Origin: a virus
Reading direction: 5' to 3' (one strand)
IMG/VR virus record: IMGVR_UViG_3300005467_000006
Location: 1 to 43,226 of that record
Length of the DNA stretch: 43,226 bases
In this document: in pieces, positions 1-8,608 of the stretch
Numbering within the stretch: position 1 is the stretch's first letter
Layout of the letters: each line of letters opens with the position of its first letter
Program-made: the position numbers and the translations under genes
Notes under the pieces: generated by a model
The model's database searches: none
What the model was told of the DNA's origin: nothing
The model's input: the letters and a program-made list of their open reading frames with translations, nothing else

Positions 1-181
1 CGGCTACGGCTCCGGCTACGGCTACGGCTACGGCTACGGCTACGGCTCCGGCTCCGGCTCCGGCTACGGCTCCGGCTCCGGCTACGGCGACGGCTACGGC
101 TCCGGCTACGGCTCCGGCTCCGGCTACGGCGACGGCTACGGCGACGGCTACGGCTCCGGCTCCGGCTCCGGCTCCGGCTAC
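1..181 (+). repeat. Tandem 6-nt array GGC-TAC / GGC-TCC / GGC-GAC (30 units) running off the left edge
   Basis: Read directly: strict 6-nt period with only three unit types, in frame with the ORF ending at 514. Nt 1-25 are identical to nt 43202-43226. Confidence 0.95.
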
Positions 182-514
182 TGGCTCGCCATCGCGCGCT
201 CGCACCCGAAGACGAAAGAAGCGTACGCGCGTGGTGCGAGCGTCGTCGCGTTCTGGCGCTCCAACGAGAAGGGCCTGCCGTCGAACTACGACGGGAAAGT
301 GACCATCAAGCCCGCAGAGCCTGGTGTCGTGCACGAGGTCGGAGGTCCGTTGCGCGTTGCAAGCGAGCACGCACTACACGCGACGATGCACGTCGGCGAA
401 TGGAAGGGCGAGCGCCTGTGGCTCGTCGCGCTGTTCGGCGATGTGCAGCACGCCGACAAGAAGATGGGCGCACTCAAGCGCGAAATCCTCGCGGAGCTCG
501 ACTGCCGGCTATGA
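2..514 (+). CDS. 3' part of Gly-X dipeptide-repeat protein: (G-Y/S/D)x30 then a 110-aa globular C-terminal domain (5'-partial in window)
   Basis: Frame 2 is open from the window edge to TGA 512-514; the ORF track only starts it at an internal Met at 299. GC3 bias is present and the stop overlaps the next start (ATGA at 511). Confidence 0.8.
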   Translation, partial: GYGSGYGYGYGYGYGSGSGSGYGSGSGYGDGYGSGYGSGSGYGDGYGDGYGSGSGSGSGYWLAIARSHPKTKEAYARGASVVAFWRSNEKGLPSNYDGKVTIKPAEPGVVHEVGGPLRVASEHALHATMHVGEWKGERLWLVALFGDVQHADKKMGALKREILAELDCRL

Positions 515-813
515 ACGTGTGGCGTCGACATGCCGCCAGCGGCGACAAGATGTTTCACGCCGGTCGCGAGGCCGGCGGTTCGTTCGTCACGCTGTGCAAC
601 GGACGCTGGTCTCTCACCGACGAGGTCGACGATGGCGTTCAGTACGACGCGAACCCGCCGCATGCGCATCGCTGCGAAGCGTGTCAAAGGCAACGCATCG
701 ATGTGCTCCGCATCGAGCAGGGACTAAGCGAGCTAGCCGAGTCTCGCGACACCGAGCTGAACGAGGACCTCTACGACGTCGAGCGATTGTTCGACTACGG
801 CGGGGAAGCCTGA
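511..813 (+). CDS. Hypothetical early protein (100 aa, contains CxxC)
   Basis: ATG 511 overlaps the upstream stop (ATGA). GC3-rich. The internal part of ORF 400..813 was chosen by coupling. Confidence 0.6.
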   Translation: MNVWRRHAASGDKMFHAGREAGGSFVTLCNGRWSLTDEVDDGVQYDANPPHAHRCEACQRQRIDVLRIEQGLSELAESRDTELNEDLYDVERLFDYGGEA

Positions 814-1769
814 TGTCGGCGACGGTCACCGTTCGCGCGAAGGCGTTCGGCGACAGGCGGCTCGTGCGCCTCGCCGAGCTCGCCGGCTATGCGGGCGGTG
901 ATGACGAAGCGCTCGGCAAGATGTCGCGGCTGTGGTCGCTGTGCGCGGAACTTCAAACAGACAAACCCGACGTGCGCGAGATTCGCGCGTGCCTCGGTCC
1001 TCGTGGAGAAGAACACCTGGTCGAGAGCGGCCTCGGCGACGACTCGCGTCGCGACCCGACTCTCGATGCAGGTGTTGTTCGTGTCCGCGGGTGCGACGAA
1101 TGCGACTGGGCGGGCGCCCTTGCCGAGCAACGCGCCCGTGAAGAAGGAGGCCGCGTGCGCGCCGAGACCGCGCTGCGTGACTCCTCCGGTCGGTTCGTCA
1201 ACGAACGACCACCTGACGTCCAGCTGCCTCCAGCTTCTGATCACTCTCCGGATCTGGGATCTTCTTCTGATCTTCCTATTCCGGAGCTTCCGGATCTCGG
1301 AGAGATCGTTCAAGCAGAACGCGAGGTCGCGACGAAGCTGTCGTCGATCCCAGCTCGGTCGCGCGACGACCGCAGGCGCAAGCTATTCGGTGACGCATGG
1401 AACTACGCCTGTCTCAAGCATCACGAGCTGAGGGCGGAGGGGATCGATTCGCACGCGCGCAGCTGGGCGGCCATGCCGCCGGCATCGAGCATCGAGTCGC
1501 AGTTGCTTCTGAGTCGGATCAACGAGCTCACCGAGGACGACGCCGCTGACTTCAGGGCCGCGGGCGAGGTGATCAAGAACAGGGTTGACGTTGCGGCCGC
1601 AGAGGCGCGGCGTGACAAGACGCTGCGCTGGTTCATCCCCGCGCGCATGTGGGACGCGAAGAGCTTCGCGATCGCGAAGGATCTCTCGCCCGCGCAGGCC
1701 GCGCAGCCGCGGCGATCGGCGAAGGAATCCGCGCCCGAACAACCGATCCGCAAGATGAGGACGTTCTAG
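813..1769 (+). CDS. Hypothetical early protein, possibly replication-associated (directly upstream of the helicase)
   Basis: ATG 813 overlaps TGA 811-813. It is the internal part of ORF 324..1769. No family recognised; the function is guessed from position only. Confidence 0.6.
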   Translation: MSATVTVRAKAFGDRRLVRLAELAGYAGGDDEALGKMSRLWSLCAELQTDKPDVREIRACLGPRGEEHLVESGLGDDSRRDPTLDAGVVRVRGCDECDWAGALAEQRAREEGGRVRAETALRDSSGRFVNERPPDVQLPPASDHSPDLGSSSDLPIPELPDLGEIVQAEREVATKLSSIPARSRDDRRRKLFGDAWNYACLKHHELRAEGIDSHARSWAAMPPASSIESQLLLSRINELTEDDAADFRAAGEVIKNRVDVAAAEARRDKTLRWFIPARMWDAKSFAIAKDLSPAQAAQPRRSAKESAPEQPIRKMRTF

Positions 1770-1771
1770 TC

Positions 1772-3163
1772 ATGGCCAGGCGCGTACTCCGACACCACCT
1801 CGACGCGGAGGCATCGATCCTCGGTGGCGTCATCCTGCGCAACGAGGTCCTGGCCGAGCTCGACACGCTCGAGATCGACGACTTCTACCACCACCAACAC
1901 AAGGTCGTGTTCGAGGCGATGCGTAACCTCGAGGTCGCGCAGCAACCGATCGACGTCGTCACGCTCGAGGCCGAGATCGGCAAGAAGGGCAAGCTCGGCG
2001 CGGTCGGTGGCATCGCTTTCCTGGGCGAGCTCGCGCTCCGCGTGCCCACGGTCGACAACGTGCTCGCGTACGCAGACCTCGTGCGCAAGGCATCGCAGAT
2101 GCGCCAGCTCACGCTGACGACGAGCGAGCTGTGCGAGCAGACCTACGAAGAGGACGCCGATCCGGACGAGCTCGTGAGCATGGCGTTCGCATCGTTGTCG
2201 AAGATCGAGAATCGCCGCGTCGAGACCGCTGGCCCGATCGGCGAAGTGATCAAGCGGCGCGTGCGCGAGCTCGAGGAGCAGTGGGCGGCCAAGGCACGCG
2301 GCGAAGTCGTGTGGCTCGGTGCGCCGACCGGCGTGAAGGCGCTCGACCGGAAAATCGGCGGTTACCCATTCGGCGACGTCGCGATGATCGCGGGCCGCCC
2401 GGGGATGGGTAAGAGCGCGCTCGCGCTCGCGGCGACCGAGGCCACCGTCGCGGCGGGGTTCGGCGTCGACGTGTACTCGTCCGAGGGCGGCGAGCGCATG
2501 TACGCCGACCGGCTGATCGCGCGCAAGGCGAAGGTCGCGATCGAGAAGCTAAAGACCGGCGACCTATCACCGGCGGAGTCCTCGCGTATCTCGCACGCGA
2601 TGATGTGGTACGGGCAGCGCTCGCACTTATGGCGACTCGACGATCGCGGCGGGCTGAGCGCTGTCGATATCGTGCGGTCGGTTCGCAAGCACCGACGCAA
2701 GCTGAAGACGCGCTTGGTGGTCGTCGACTACCTGCAGATCCTGAAGCGGCGCGAAGGTGCGAGCGAGAACGAAGCTCTCGAAGAGATCATCAACGTCTTT
2801 GGCCAGGCCGCGCCGGGCGACGACATCGCATGGCTGCTCGTGTCACAGCTCAACCGCGACGTCGAGAAGCGTCCCGACAAGCGGCCGCAGAAGTCGGACC
2901 TGCGTGGATCGGGCGCGCTCGAGCAGGTCGCGCGGCTGATCGTCGCGCCGTACCGCGGCTCGTACTACTACGACGACCCGAAGCGCGACGTCGACTACGA
3001 GTGCACCTGCCAACGGACGTGCGCGCGCGACGCGTATTGCCCGAGCACACCGACGGCCGAGCAGTTCGAGTCGACCGCGCAGGTCCTCGTCGTGAAGAAC
3101 AACAACGGGCCCGAGGGACGCGTGTTCGCGTCGTGGAACGGGCCCACCACGGAGATCTGGTGA
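1772..3163 (+). CDS. dnaB: Replicative DNA helicase, DnaB family
   Basis: DnaB N-terminal domain signature (HLDAEASILGGVILRNEVL..., FYHHQHKVVFEAM), Walker A GRPGMGKSALAL, and a C-terminal VVKNNNGPEG motif. ATG at 1772 lies 3 nt after the upstream stop. Confidence 0.9.
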   Translation: MARRVLRHHLDAEASILGGVILRNEVLAELDTLEIDDFYHHQHKVVFEAMRNLEVAQQPIDVVTLEAEIGKKGKLGAVGGIAFLGELALRVPTVDNVLAYADLVRKASQMRQLTLTTSELCEQTYEEDADPDELVSMAFASLSKIENRRVETAGPIGEVIKRRVRELEEQWAAKARGEVVWLGAPTGVKALDRKIGGYPFGDVAMIAGRPGMGKSALALAATEATVAAGFGVDVYSSEGGERMYADRLIARKAKVAIEKLKTGDLSPAESSRISHAMMWYGQRSHLWRLDDRGGLSAVDIVRSVRKHRRKLKTRLVVVDYLQILKRREGASENEALEEIINVFGQAAPGDDIAWLLVSQLNRDVEKRPDKRPQKSDLRGSGALEQVARLIVAPYRGSYYYDDPKRDVDYECTCQRTCARDAYCPSTPTAEQFESTAQVLVVKNNNGPEGRVFASWNGPTTEIW

Positions 3164-4041
3164 TGATGAAGACGGTCGTCCGAATAGCGTCCCCAATCGT
3201 CGACCTCGATCGCGCCCGCTTGCTGAAGCAAGTGCGGACGGCATATCGCACGATGCAGTACGCGGAGGGCGAGGAAATCAAGTACCGCGATCTCGTCGCC
3301 GCGCGCAGGCTAGAGCTCGGCACGCACCTGATCGCCGCGCGCAGGATGTGGCCGGCACGCGGGCCGAACGCGAAGGGCTGGGGCGAGTTCCTCGTGGAAG
3401 CCGGGATTGATCAAGACACGGCCCTCGTCGCGATGAAGTACGCAGGTTACGTGCAGGAGCATTTCCCAGACAAGCCGGGAAAACTCCCGACCCTGCAGGA
3501 CGCCGGACTCGACAAGCGGCCTCGCAAGAATGACGAGGGCGACGAACCGAATCGCGATGCCTACTGCACGCCGGAACCGATCGTGAAGGCGCTGCCGAAG
3601 AAGCTCGGCACCGACCCATGCAGCAACCCACACAGCCTCGTGATCGCGGAGAACATGTACTCGCTCGAGACCGGGGAGGACGGGCTAAAGCTCCCGTGGA
3701 TCCGGTTGACGTACGTGAACGGCCCGTTCTCGGGGTTGCTGCCGTTCGCCGAGAAGCTCCACGAGGAGAAGTCGAAGCCTCGCGCGACGCGGACGATCAC
3801 GGGCGCGGGCTTCATGGTCAATGCTGACCACAGTCCTGAATGGTGGCGGCTGTTGATCGTGCATCTGCACATCCGGCTCGACTTCGACGATCGGCTCGAC
3901 TTCAAGCCACCGCCGGGCGTTGTGCCGAGCAAGAACGACAGGCCGCAATCACTCCTCATGGACAAGGCGTTCTGGGCCGCGTGCGATCGGCGCGCGTTTC
4001 TCAAGATGGGAACGCTCTGGATCAAACAACCGAAGGCGTAG
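3163..4041 (+). CDS. Phage Dam-type N6-adenine DNA methyltransferase-like protein with an extra N-terminal domain; motif IV reads NGPF instead of NPPY/F
   Basis: YCTPEPIV..., DPCSNP, DGL..W and YVNGPFSG follow the layout I recall for phage Dam (PF05869-type) enzymes. ATG 3163 overlaps the dnaB stop. Confidence 0.6.
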   Translation: MMKTVVRIASPIVDLDRARLLKQVRTAYRTMQYAEGEEIKYRDLVAARRLELGTHLIAARRMWPARGPNAKGWGEFLVEAGIDQDTALVAMKYAGYVQEHFPDKPGKLPTLQDAGLDKRPRKNDEGDEPNRDAYCTPEPIVKALPKKLGTDPCSNPHSLVIAENMYSLETGEDGLKLPWIRLTYVNGPFSGLLPFAEKLHEEKSKPRATRTITGAGFMVNADHSPEWWRLLIVHLHIRLDFDDRLDFKPPPGVVPSKNDRPQSLLMDKAFWAACDRRAFLKMGTLWIKQPKA

Positions 4042-4065
4042 CCGACAAAGAGAGGCGATACCGAG

Positions 4066-4383
4066 ATGACGAAGAAGGGTTCGAAGACCAAACCGAAGAA
4101 GCAGAAGCCCGAGCAGCTCAAGATCGAGGGCACCGGTCGCATCGACGCGATCCCCGAGCTCGACAAGGCGGGTGAGGCGTATCGCGAAGCGCGCGACGCT
4201 CGCATGGAGCTGCAGGAAGACGAGAGCGCTGCGCAGGACTTCCTGACGGCGATGCTCAAGAAGCACGGGCTGACCGAGTACCCGTACGAAGGTACGGACG
4301 GCAAGACGTACAAGGCGACGCTCGGCGAGGCGAAGGCCAAGGTCAAGCGCGTCACCGAGAAGAAGCCGGCGAAGTCGGAGTAG
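4066..4383 (+). CDS. Hypothetical lysine-rich protein
   Basis: Clean ORF with ATG start and GC3 bias. Confidence 0.7.
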   Translation: MTKKGSKTKPKKQKPEQLKIEGTGRIDAIPELDKAGEAYREARDARMELQEDESAAQDFLTAMLKKHGLTEYPYEGTDGKTYKATLGEAKAKVKRVTEKKPAKSE

Positions 4384-4587
4384 TTGGTGATCGAGGTAGT
4401 CGACCTGGTCGGGCGCGACGATGGCGCCGACACGGCGCTGCGTGTACTTCCGTGCACGAAGCGCACGTGGTGCATGTTGCATCGCGATCACGACGGCTCG
4501 TGCGTCGAGATCCCGCGCCGCGAGCACGAGCGCCCCGAGTGGGATCGGCGCACGCCCGATCCCAAGGGATGGAGGAAGCCGCGATGA
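4384..4587 (+). CDS. Hypothetical small Cys/His-containing protein (TTG or GTG start)
   Basis: The ORF fills the gap exactly and its stop overlaps the rusA start (ATGA 4584). Moderate GC3 bias. Confidence 0.5.
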   Translation: MVIEVVDLVGRDDGADTALRVLPCTKRTWCMLHRDHDGSCVEIPRREHERPEWDRRTPDPKGWRKPR

Positions 4588-5102
4588 TCTCGTTCAACGT
4601 TCTGGGAACGCCGGCGCCGAAGGGCAGCTCGCGCGCGGTGATGAACAAGTGGACCGGCCGCGCAATGATCATTCCGGGCGGCAGCAAGGTCAACGAGGCC
4701 AAGCTGAAGACCTGGGACGTGTGCGTGCGCGCGGCCGCGTCCATCAAGCTCGGCCCGCGCGACACGGCGGTGTTCGTGCTCAAGCCGCTGCACGTCGAGC
4801 TGCACTTCCGCATGCAGCGGCCCGGTGGGCACTACGGTAAGGGCAAGAACGCCGGGCGGCTCTCGCCCTCCGCACCAATCGCGCCAACGTCGAAGCCCGA
4901 CATCGACAAGATCACACGCGCGACGCTCGATTCGATGACGGGCCTCGCGTTCGATGACGACTCGCGGATCGTTTCGTTGCTCGTGACGAAGATGTATGCG
5001 GCGCCAGGCCAGGAGGGAGCATTCATCGTCGTGCGCGAGTACGACCCGGCGATCATCGTGACGTACACGAACGATGCCTCGCTCGTGGAGGACGACGCGT
5101 GA
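4584..5102 (+). CDS. rusA: Holliday-junction resolvase, RusA family
   Basis: SKPDIDKITRATLDSMTGLAFDDDSRIVSLLVTKMY matches the RusA catalytic-Asp region. GGAGGAAG RBS lies upstream of ATG 4584. Confidence 0.8.
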   Translation: MISFNVLGTPAPKGSSRAVMNKWTGRAMIIPGGSKVNEAKLKTWDVCVRAAASIKLGPRDTAVFVLKPLHVELHFRMQRPGGHYGKGKNAGRLSPSAPIAPTSKPDIDKITRATLDSMTGLAFDDDSRIVSLLVTKMYAAPGQEGAFIVVREYDPAIIVTYTNDASLVEDDA

Positions 5103-5314
5103 AGCGCGAACGCGACACGCACGAGCGGTTTCGCGGGGCTCGAGGTGGCCGGCTTTCGCGTGCGGACGCCGTGCAGCAAAGCATCAAGCTCGCGATCGAC
5201 GAGGTCGAGCTCGCGATCGCGGCGCACGACGTGAAGCGTGCGCGCATCCACGCGTCGATCGCGAGGCGCCTGCTCGGCGAGGCGCTCGCACAGATCCAGA
5301 AGGACCGCACGTGA
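5099..5314 (+). CDS. Hypothetical protein
   Basis: GTG 5099 overlaps the upstream stop (GTGA). Helical-looking 71 aa. Confidence 0.5.
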   Translation: MKRERDTHERFRGARGGRLSRADAVQQSIKLAIDEVELAIAAHDVKRARIHASIARRLLGEALAQIQKDRT

Positions 5315-5487
5315 TCGCGCACCAGGTCTACCAAGGCGAGCACGGGCTCGTCGTCTCGCCACCGCTGCCCGCCGGCGTCGAGCTGCGCGGCATCGTCTAC
5401 GCGATCGCGTGGCGCCTGCGCCGCGGTCGCCTCGAGCTCGTGAACATCCGACAGCAGGGCGCGCGCAAACGGAGGCTAGCGTCATGA
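5311..5487 (+). CDS. Hypothetical protein (58 aa)
   Basis: GTGA coupling at 5311 and ATGA coupling at its stop. Confidence 0.45.
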   Translation: MIAHQVYQGEHGLVVSPPLPAGVELRGIVYAIAWRLRRGRLELVNIRQQGARKRRLAS

Positions 5488-5756
5488 GCAAGGAGCCATG
5501 GCAATGGCCGCCGGTGCCATACCCCGGCATGTCGAGAACTCGCGCCTGGGATGCGTTCTCGGGCGCGGCTCGGGCGCTCTTCGATCCAAGCGAGCGCGAT
5601 GATCAGTTCTGGCGCATGGTGCGCTTCGCGTTCGACCGGTGGTGGCGCGACTACAAGAACGCGCGCGGTCCTCGGACCCGCATTTCCGACGAGCGCGACA
5701 TGCGGCGACCGCTCAAACATCCCGGGCTTCGGCTCCTCGGAAGGACGCCGAAGTGA
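5484..5756 (+). CDS. Hypothetical Trp-rich protein (90 aa)
   Basis: ATG 5484 overlaps the upstream stop. The stop overlaps the next GTG. Confidence 0.55.
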   Translation: MSKEPWQWPPVPYPGMSRTRAWDAFSGAARALFDPSERDDQFWRMVRFAFDRWWRDYKNARGPRTRISDERDMRRPLKHPGLRLLGRTPK

Positions 5757-6181
5757 CCGCCGTCGTCCTACTCACCGAGCTCGAGGCGCGGTGGCCGATC
5801 GAGATCGACCGCACCTTCGGCTGTGCGCTATGGACCGGAGCTCGAGACAAGCGCGACGGCCGAGCGCTGCAGTGGCGCGGCGGCAAGCCGGCTCAGGCCC
5901 AGCGCCTCGTGTACGAAGCCGAGGTCGAGCCGGTTGGCGTCGACGAGCACGACGTGCCGCGCGAGCTCGACCACATGTGCAGGCGCTCGCACTGCGTCGC
6001 GCCGCACCACGCCGAGCCGGTGACGCGGTCCGAGAACGAGCGTCGCAAGAGCCCGCACTACCGATGGAAGCGCCTGAGGTGCCCCCTGGGGCACGACTTG
6101 AGCCTGCACGGAACGATCACGCCCGAGGGCGGGCGTGTGTGCCGAACCTGTAACCGACAAGCACTAGGAGAAACGAGATGA
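5753..6181 (+). CDS. HNH endonuclease
   Basis: DHMCRRSHCVAPHHAEPVTRSEN is an HNH core (DH..C..C..P.H....T..EN). GTGA coupling at 5753. Confidence 0.75.
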   Translation: MTAVVLLTELEARWPIEIDRTFGCALWTGARDKRDGRALQWRGGKPAQAQRLVYEAEVEPVGVDEHDVPRELDHMCRRSHCVAPHHAEPVTRSENERRKSPHYRWKRLRCPLGHDLSLHGTITPEGGRVCRTCNRQALGETR

Positions 6182-6483
6182 AGGAAAAGCTGAGGCCTCT
6201 GCACAACAACGTCATCATCAAGCGGCGCGATCCCGAGCAGGTCACGCCGGGCGGCATCATCATCGCCGACGACGCGCAGTCGAAGAACCTGCGCGGCGAG
6301 GTCCTCGCGGTCGGGCCCGGTCGCATGAACGACAAGGGCGTGCGGCTCGAGGTCAGCGCGAAGCCCGGCGACGTTGTGCTGCTGGCGAACGAGTACGCGG
6401 GCCACGAAGTGACGCTCGCCGGCGAGAAGTACTTGATCGTCCGCGATGACGAGATCACCGCGGTCGTCGAGGCCGCGTCATGA
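6178..6483 (+). CDS. groES: Co-chaperonin GroES (phage-encoded)
   Basis: Full-length match to the GroES pattern: LRPLHNNVIIKR, GGIII.D, GEVLAVGPGR, GD.V...EYAG.E, YLI.R..EI.AV. AGGAG RBS before ATG 6178. Confidence 0.9.
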   Translation: MKEKLRPLHNNVIIKRRDPEQVTPGGIIIADDAQSKNLRGEVLAVGPGRMNDKGVRLEVSAKPGDVVLLANEYAGHEVTLAGEKYLIVRDDEITAVVEAAS

Positions 6484-6746
6484 GCGACGTCGAGCTCAAG
6501 TGGAAGCCGGGCGACGTCGTGCGCCTGAAGACCGGCGGCTGGCCGATGACGGTCCAGAGCGTTGAGACGTACACGAAGAGCGACGGCCAGAAGCTGTCGA
6601 CCGCTGTCGAGTGCGTGTGGTTCGAGAAGCGCCCAACGGGACTTGCTCGCTCAGAGGCTGGTTTCGACCGCGAGTTCTCATGGGATGGACCGAAGTTCGG
6701 CACGTTCTACGAGGACGCGCTCGAGAAGTGCGAGCCGCTCAAGTGA
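6480..6746 (+). CDS. DUF2158 (YodC-like) small protein
   Basis: The GDVVRLKTGGWPMTV motif is typical of that family. ATGA coupling. Confidence 0.7.
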   Translation: MSDVELKWKPGDVVRLKTGGWPMTVQSVETYTKSDGQKLSTAVECVWFEKRPTGLARSEAGFDREFSWDGPKFGTFYEDALEKCEPLK

Positions 6747-7132
6747 AGAGTCCGAGCGAACGCCGGTCGCGAGCTCGTCAGCACAAGCGACGACGGCTCG
6801 AGAACATGGCAGCAATCACAGCGATCAAGGAGGCAACTCCGTGCGCTGACTGCGGCGACAAGTTCCCGGCGTGCGCTATGGACTTCGACCATCGGGAAGC
6901 GAACGCCAAGCGAGCTCAGGTCTCTGACCTCGTCAACAAGTCATGGAACGTCATCGCGGATGAGATCGCGAAGTGCGATGTCGTGTGTGCGAACTGTCAT
7001 CGCATACGTTCGCACAATCGCAAGCAGCACCTCGGCTCGACGGCAAAGTCTGAGCCAAGTGCGCAGCTCGACCTGCCGGGGGATACACCCGCGACGGCCC
7101 CACCCATTACGGGCGCGCTGCGGCGATCGTGA
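6743..7132 (+). CDS. HNH endonuclease (second copy, different subtype)
   Basis: CADCG...DFDH......IAKCDVVCANCHRIRSH motif. GTG 6743 is coupled; alternative ATG at 6806. Confidence 0.7.
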   Translation: MKSPSERRSRARQHKRRRLENMAAITAIKEATPCADCGDKFPACAMDFDHREANAKRAQVSDLVNKSWNVIADEIAKCDVVCANCHRIRSHNRKQHLGSTAKSEPSAQLDLPGDTPATAPPITGALRRS

Positions 7133-7138
7133 GATTTC

Positions 7139-7492
7139 ATGGCCAAAACTGCAAATAAAAGGGTGGAACCGACTGCGGAGACCGTCCTCGACGCTGCGAT
7201 CGGTGTTCTGCACATCGGAATCGAGGCGATCCGCGAGGAGATCGAGAAGATCAAGGCGGGCAAGGCGGGCAAGAGCAAGTACGACAAGGCCGCTCGCATC
7301 TCCTACCTCGCCCAGAAGGCCGGATCGATCGCCGATTCGGTGCGCAAAGCGGAGGCCGCGCGCGCTCGGCGGCTCGACGAGATCACGTTCGAGCTCGTGC
7401 TCACGTGGTTTCGACGTTTGGACAAGACTGATCAGCTGCGCTTCGAGCGCGAGCTGCAGCTGATCGGCAGCAAGAGGAGCGGACTCGCATGA
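7139..7492 (+). CDS. Hypothetical helical protein
   Basis: Clean ATG ORF with GC3 bias. Confidence 0.65.
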   Translation: MAKTANKRVEPTAETVLDAAIGVLHIGIEAIREEIEKIKAGKAGKSKYDKAARISYLAQKAGSIADSVRKAEAARARRLDEITFELVLTWFRRLDKTDQLRFERELQLIGSKRSGLA

Positions 7493-7929
7493 AGGGACCA
7501 GTAGATAGATTCACCGACCTTGGAATCACCACCAGGTGGCTCGTCGACGTCGTCCCGGATGCGCCCTTTGCGCACGAGATCGAAAGCGAAGTAGCCGCCG
7601 CTCTCGAAAGGCACGGGCTCGAGCCTCAAAAAGACAGCGCGTTCACCGGAACTATCCTCGTGCGGGGACCGAACGACGAACGGATCGAGCTCGAGCGTCA
7701 TCCGTTGTATACGGCCGCGACCGGCCCCGAAGTGATCGCCGGCATTCGGGCGCACATCGCGCTGATCGCGGAGCGCCATGGCCGCGGCCGCGTCTGGTTC
7801 CTCGATGCGCCGGTCCACATCGTCAAGGACGACGCCCGAATCGTCATGCAGCACGTGAGCGACAGTCCGTATCAGCACGTTCTGCTCCGCACGTACTACG
7901 CGCACGAAAAACAAGGAGCCGCATCGTGA
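7489..7929 (+). CDS. Hypothetical protein
   Basis: ATGA coupling at 7489. Confidence 0.65.
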   Translation: MKGPVDRFTDLGITTRWLVDVVPDAPFAHEIESEVAAALERHGLEPQKDSAFTGTILVRGPNDERIELERHPLYTAATGPEVIAGIRAHIALIAERHGRGRVWFLDAPVHIVKDDARIVMQHVSDSPYQHVLLRTYYAHEKQGAAS

Positions 7930-8249
7930 AGGTCACCGTCGTAGCAATCCCCGTCGTCATCGGCAGCTTCGAAATCGGCATCCGCGACCCCGGAACCATT
8001 CGACACGTCGCCTTCGAGCGGAAACCGAAGCTCGTGATGACGCAAGGAGAGCCGAACTTCGAAGAAGTGCCGGTCCTCTTCGTGGAGGGTCGGCAGGGCG
8101 CGCCGATCCGCAAGCACAAGTACGTCGTGATCAACCACGGCGAGTGGTGCGATCCCGATGATCACGAGGAGGCGACCTGGGTAGCGACCGGACTCAGCGG
8201 CGGCGGCCTGGTCGTGCACATCTTCGAGATTACGGAGCGGCCATCGTGA
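7926..8249 (+). CDS. Hypothetical protein
   Basis: GTGA coupling at 7926. Internal part of ORF 7536..8249. Confidence 0.55.
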   Translation: MKVTVVAIPVVIGSFEIGIRDPGTIRHVAFERKPKLVMTQGEPNFEEVPVLFVEGRQGAPIRKHKYVVINHGEWCDPDDHEEATWVATGLSGGGLVVHIFEITERPS

Positions 8250-8608
8250 TCATCACCGGCGAGCACTGCCAGCCGTGCGGCGCGTGCTGCCAGACGCGCC
8301 CGATCGCGGACTCGACGCGGGCCGCGCTCGGTCTTCCGGTCGTCGGCACGTGGGTGAACTGCACGGCCGAGGACGTCGCGCGAATGTCGAAGCGTTCGCG
8401 CAGCCGGCTCGTGCCGGTGAAGCGCGACGGCGAAGAGATGCTTGCGACGCCGCTGCGTGCAGACGGCACGTGCGGCTTTCTCAACGGCAAGCCGGGCGAG
8501 CGCGTGTCGTGCGCGATCTACGACCGGCGGCCGACGATTTGCCGGCTCTACGAGCCTGGCTCCGAGTACTGCCGCGCCTCGAGGCGCGAGATCGGACTAC
8601 CCGCATGA
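8246..8608 (+). CDS. YkgJ-family (UPF0153) cysteine-cluster protein
   Basis: N-terminal CxxCxxCC (CQPCGACC) plus the C-terminal CGFL....C.IY..RP..CR.Y pattern of this family. Confidence 0.7.
   Translation: MIITGEHCQPCGACCQTRPIADSTRAALGLPVVGTWVNCTAEDVARMSKRSRSRLVPVKRDGEEMLATPLRADGTCGFLNGKPGERVSCAIYDRRPTICRLYEPGSEYCRASRREIGLPA

Noticed and set aside
324-1769. Long N-terminal extensions given by the ORF track (for example 324..1769, 1649..3163, 2605..4041, 34620..36584, 36395..37183).
   Set aside because: The upstream portions overlap better-supported genes in other frames and translate to Arg/Ala-rich sequence. Internal starts that coincide with the upstream stop codon or follow an RBS were preferred.
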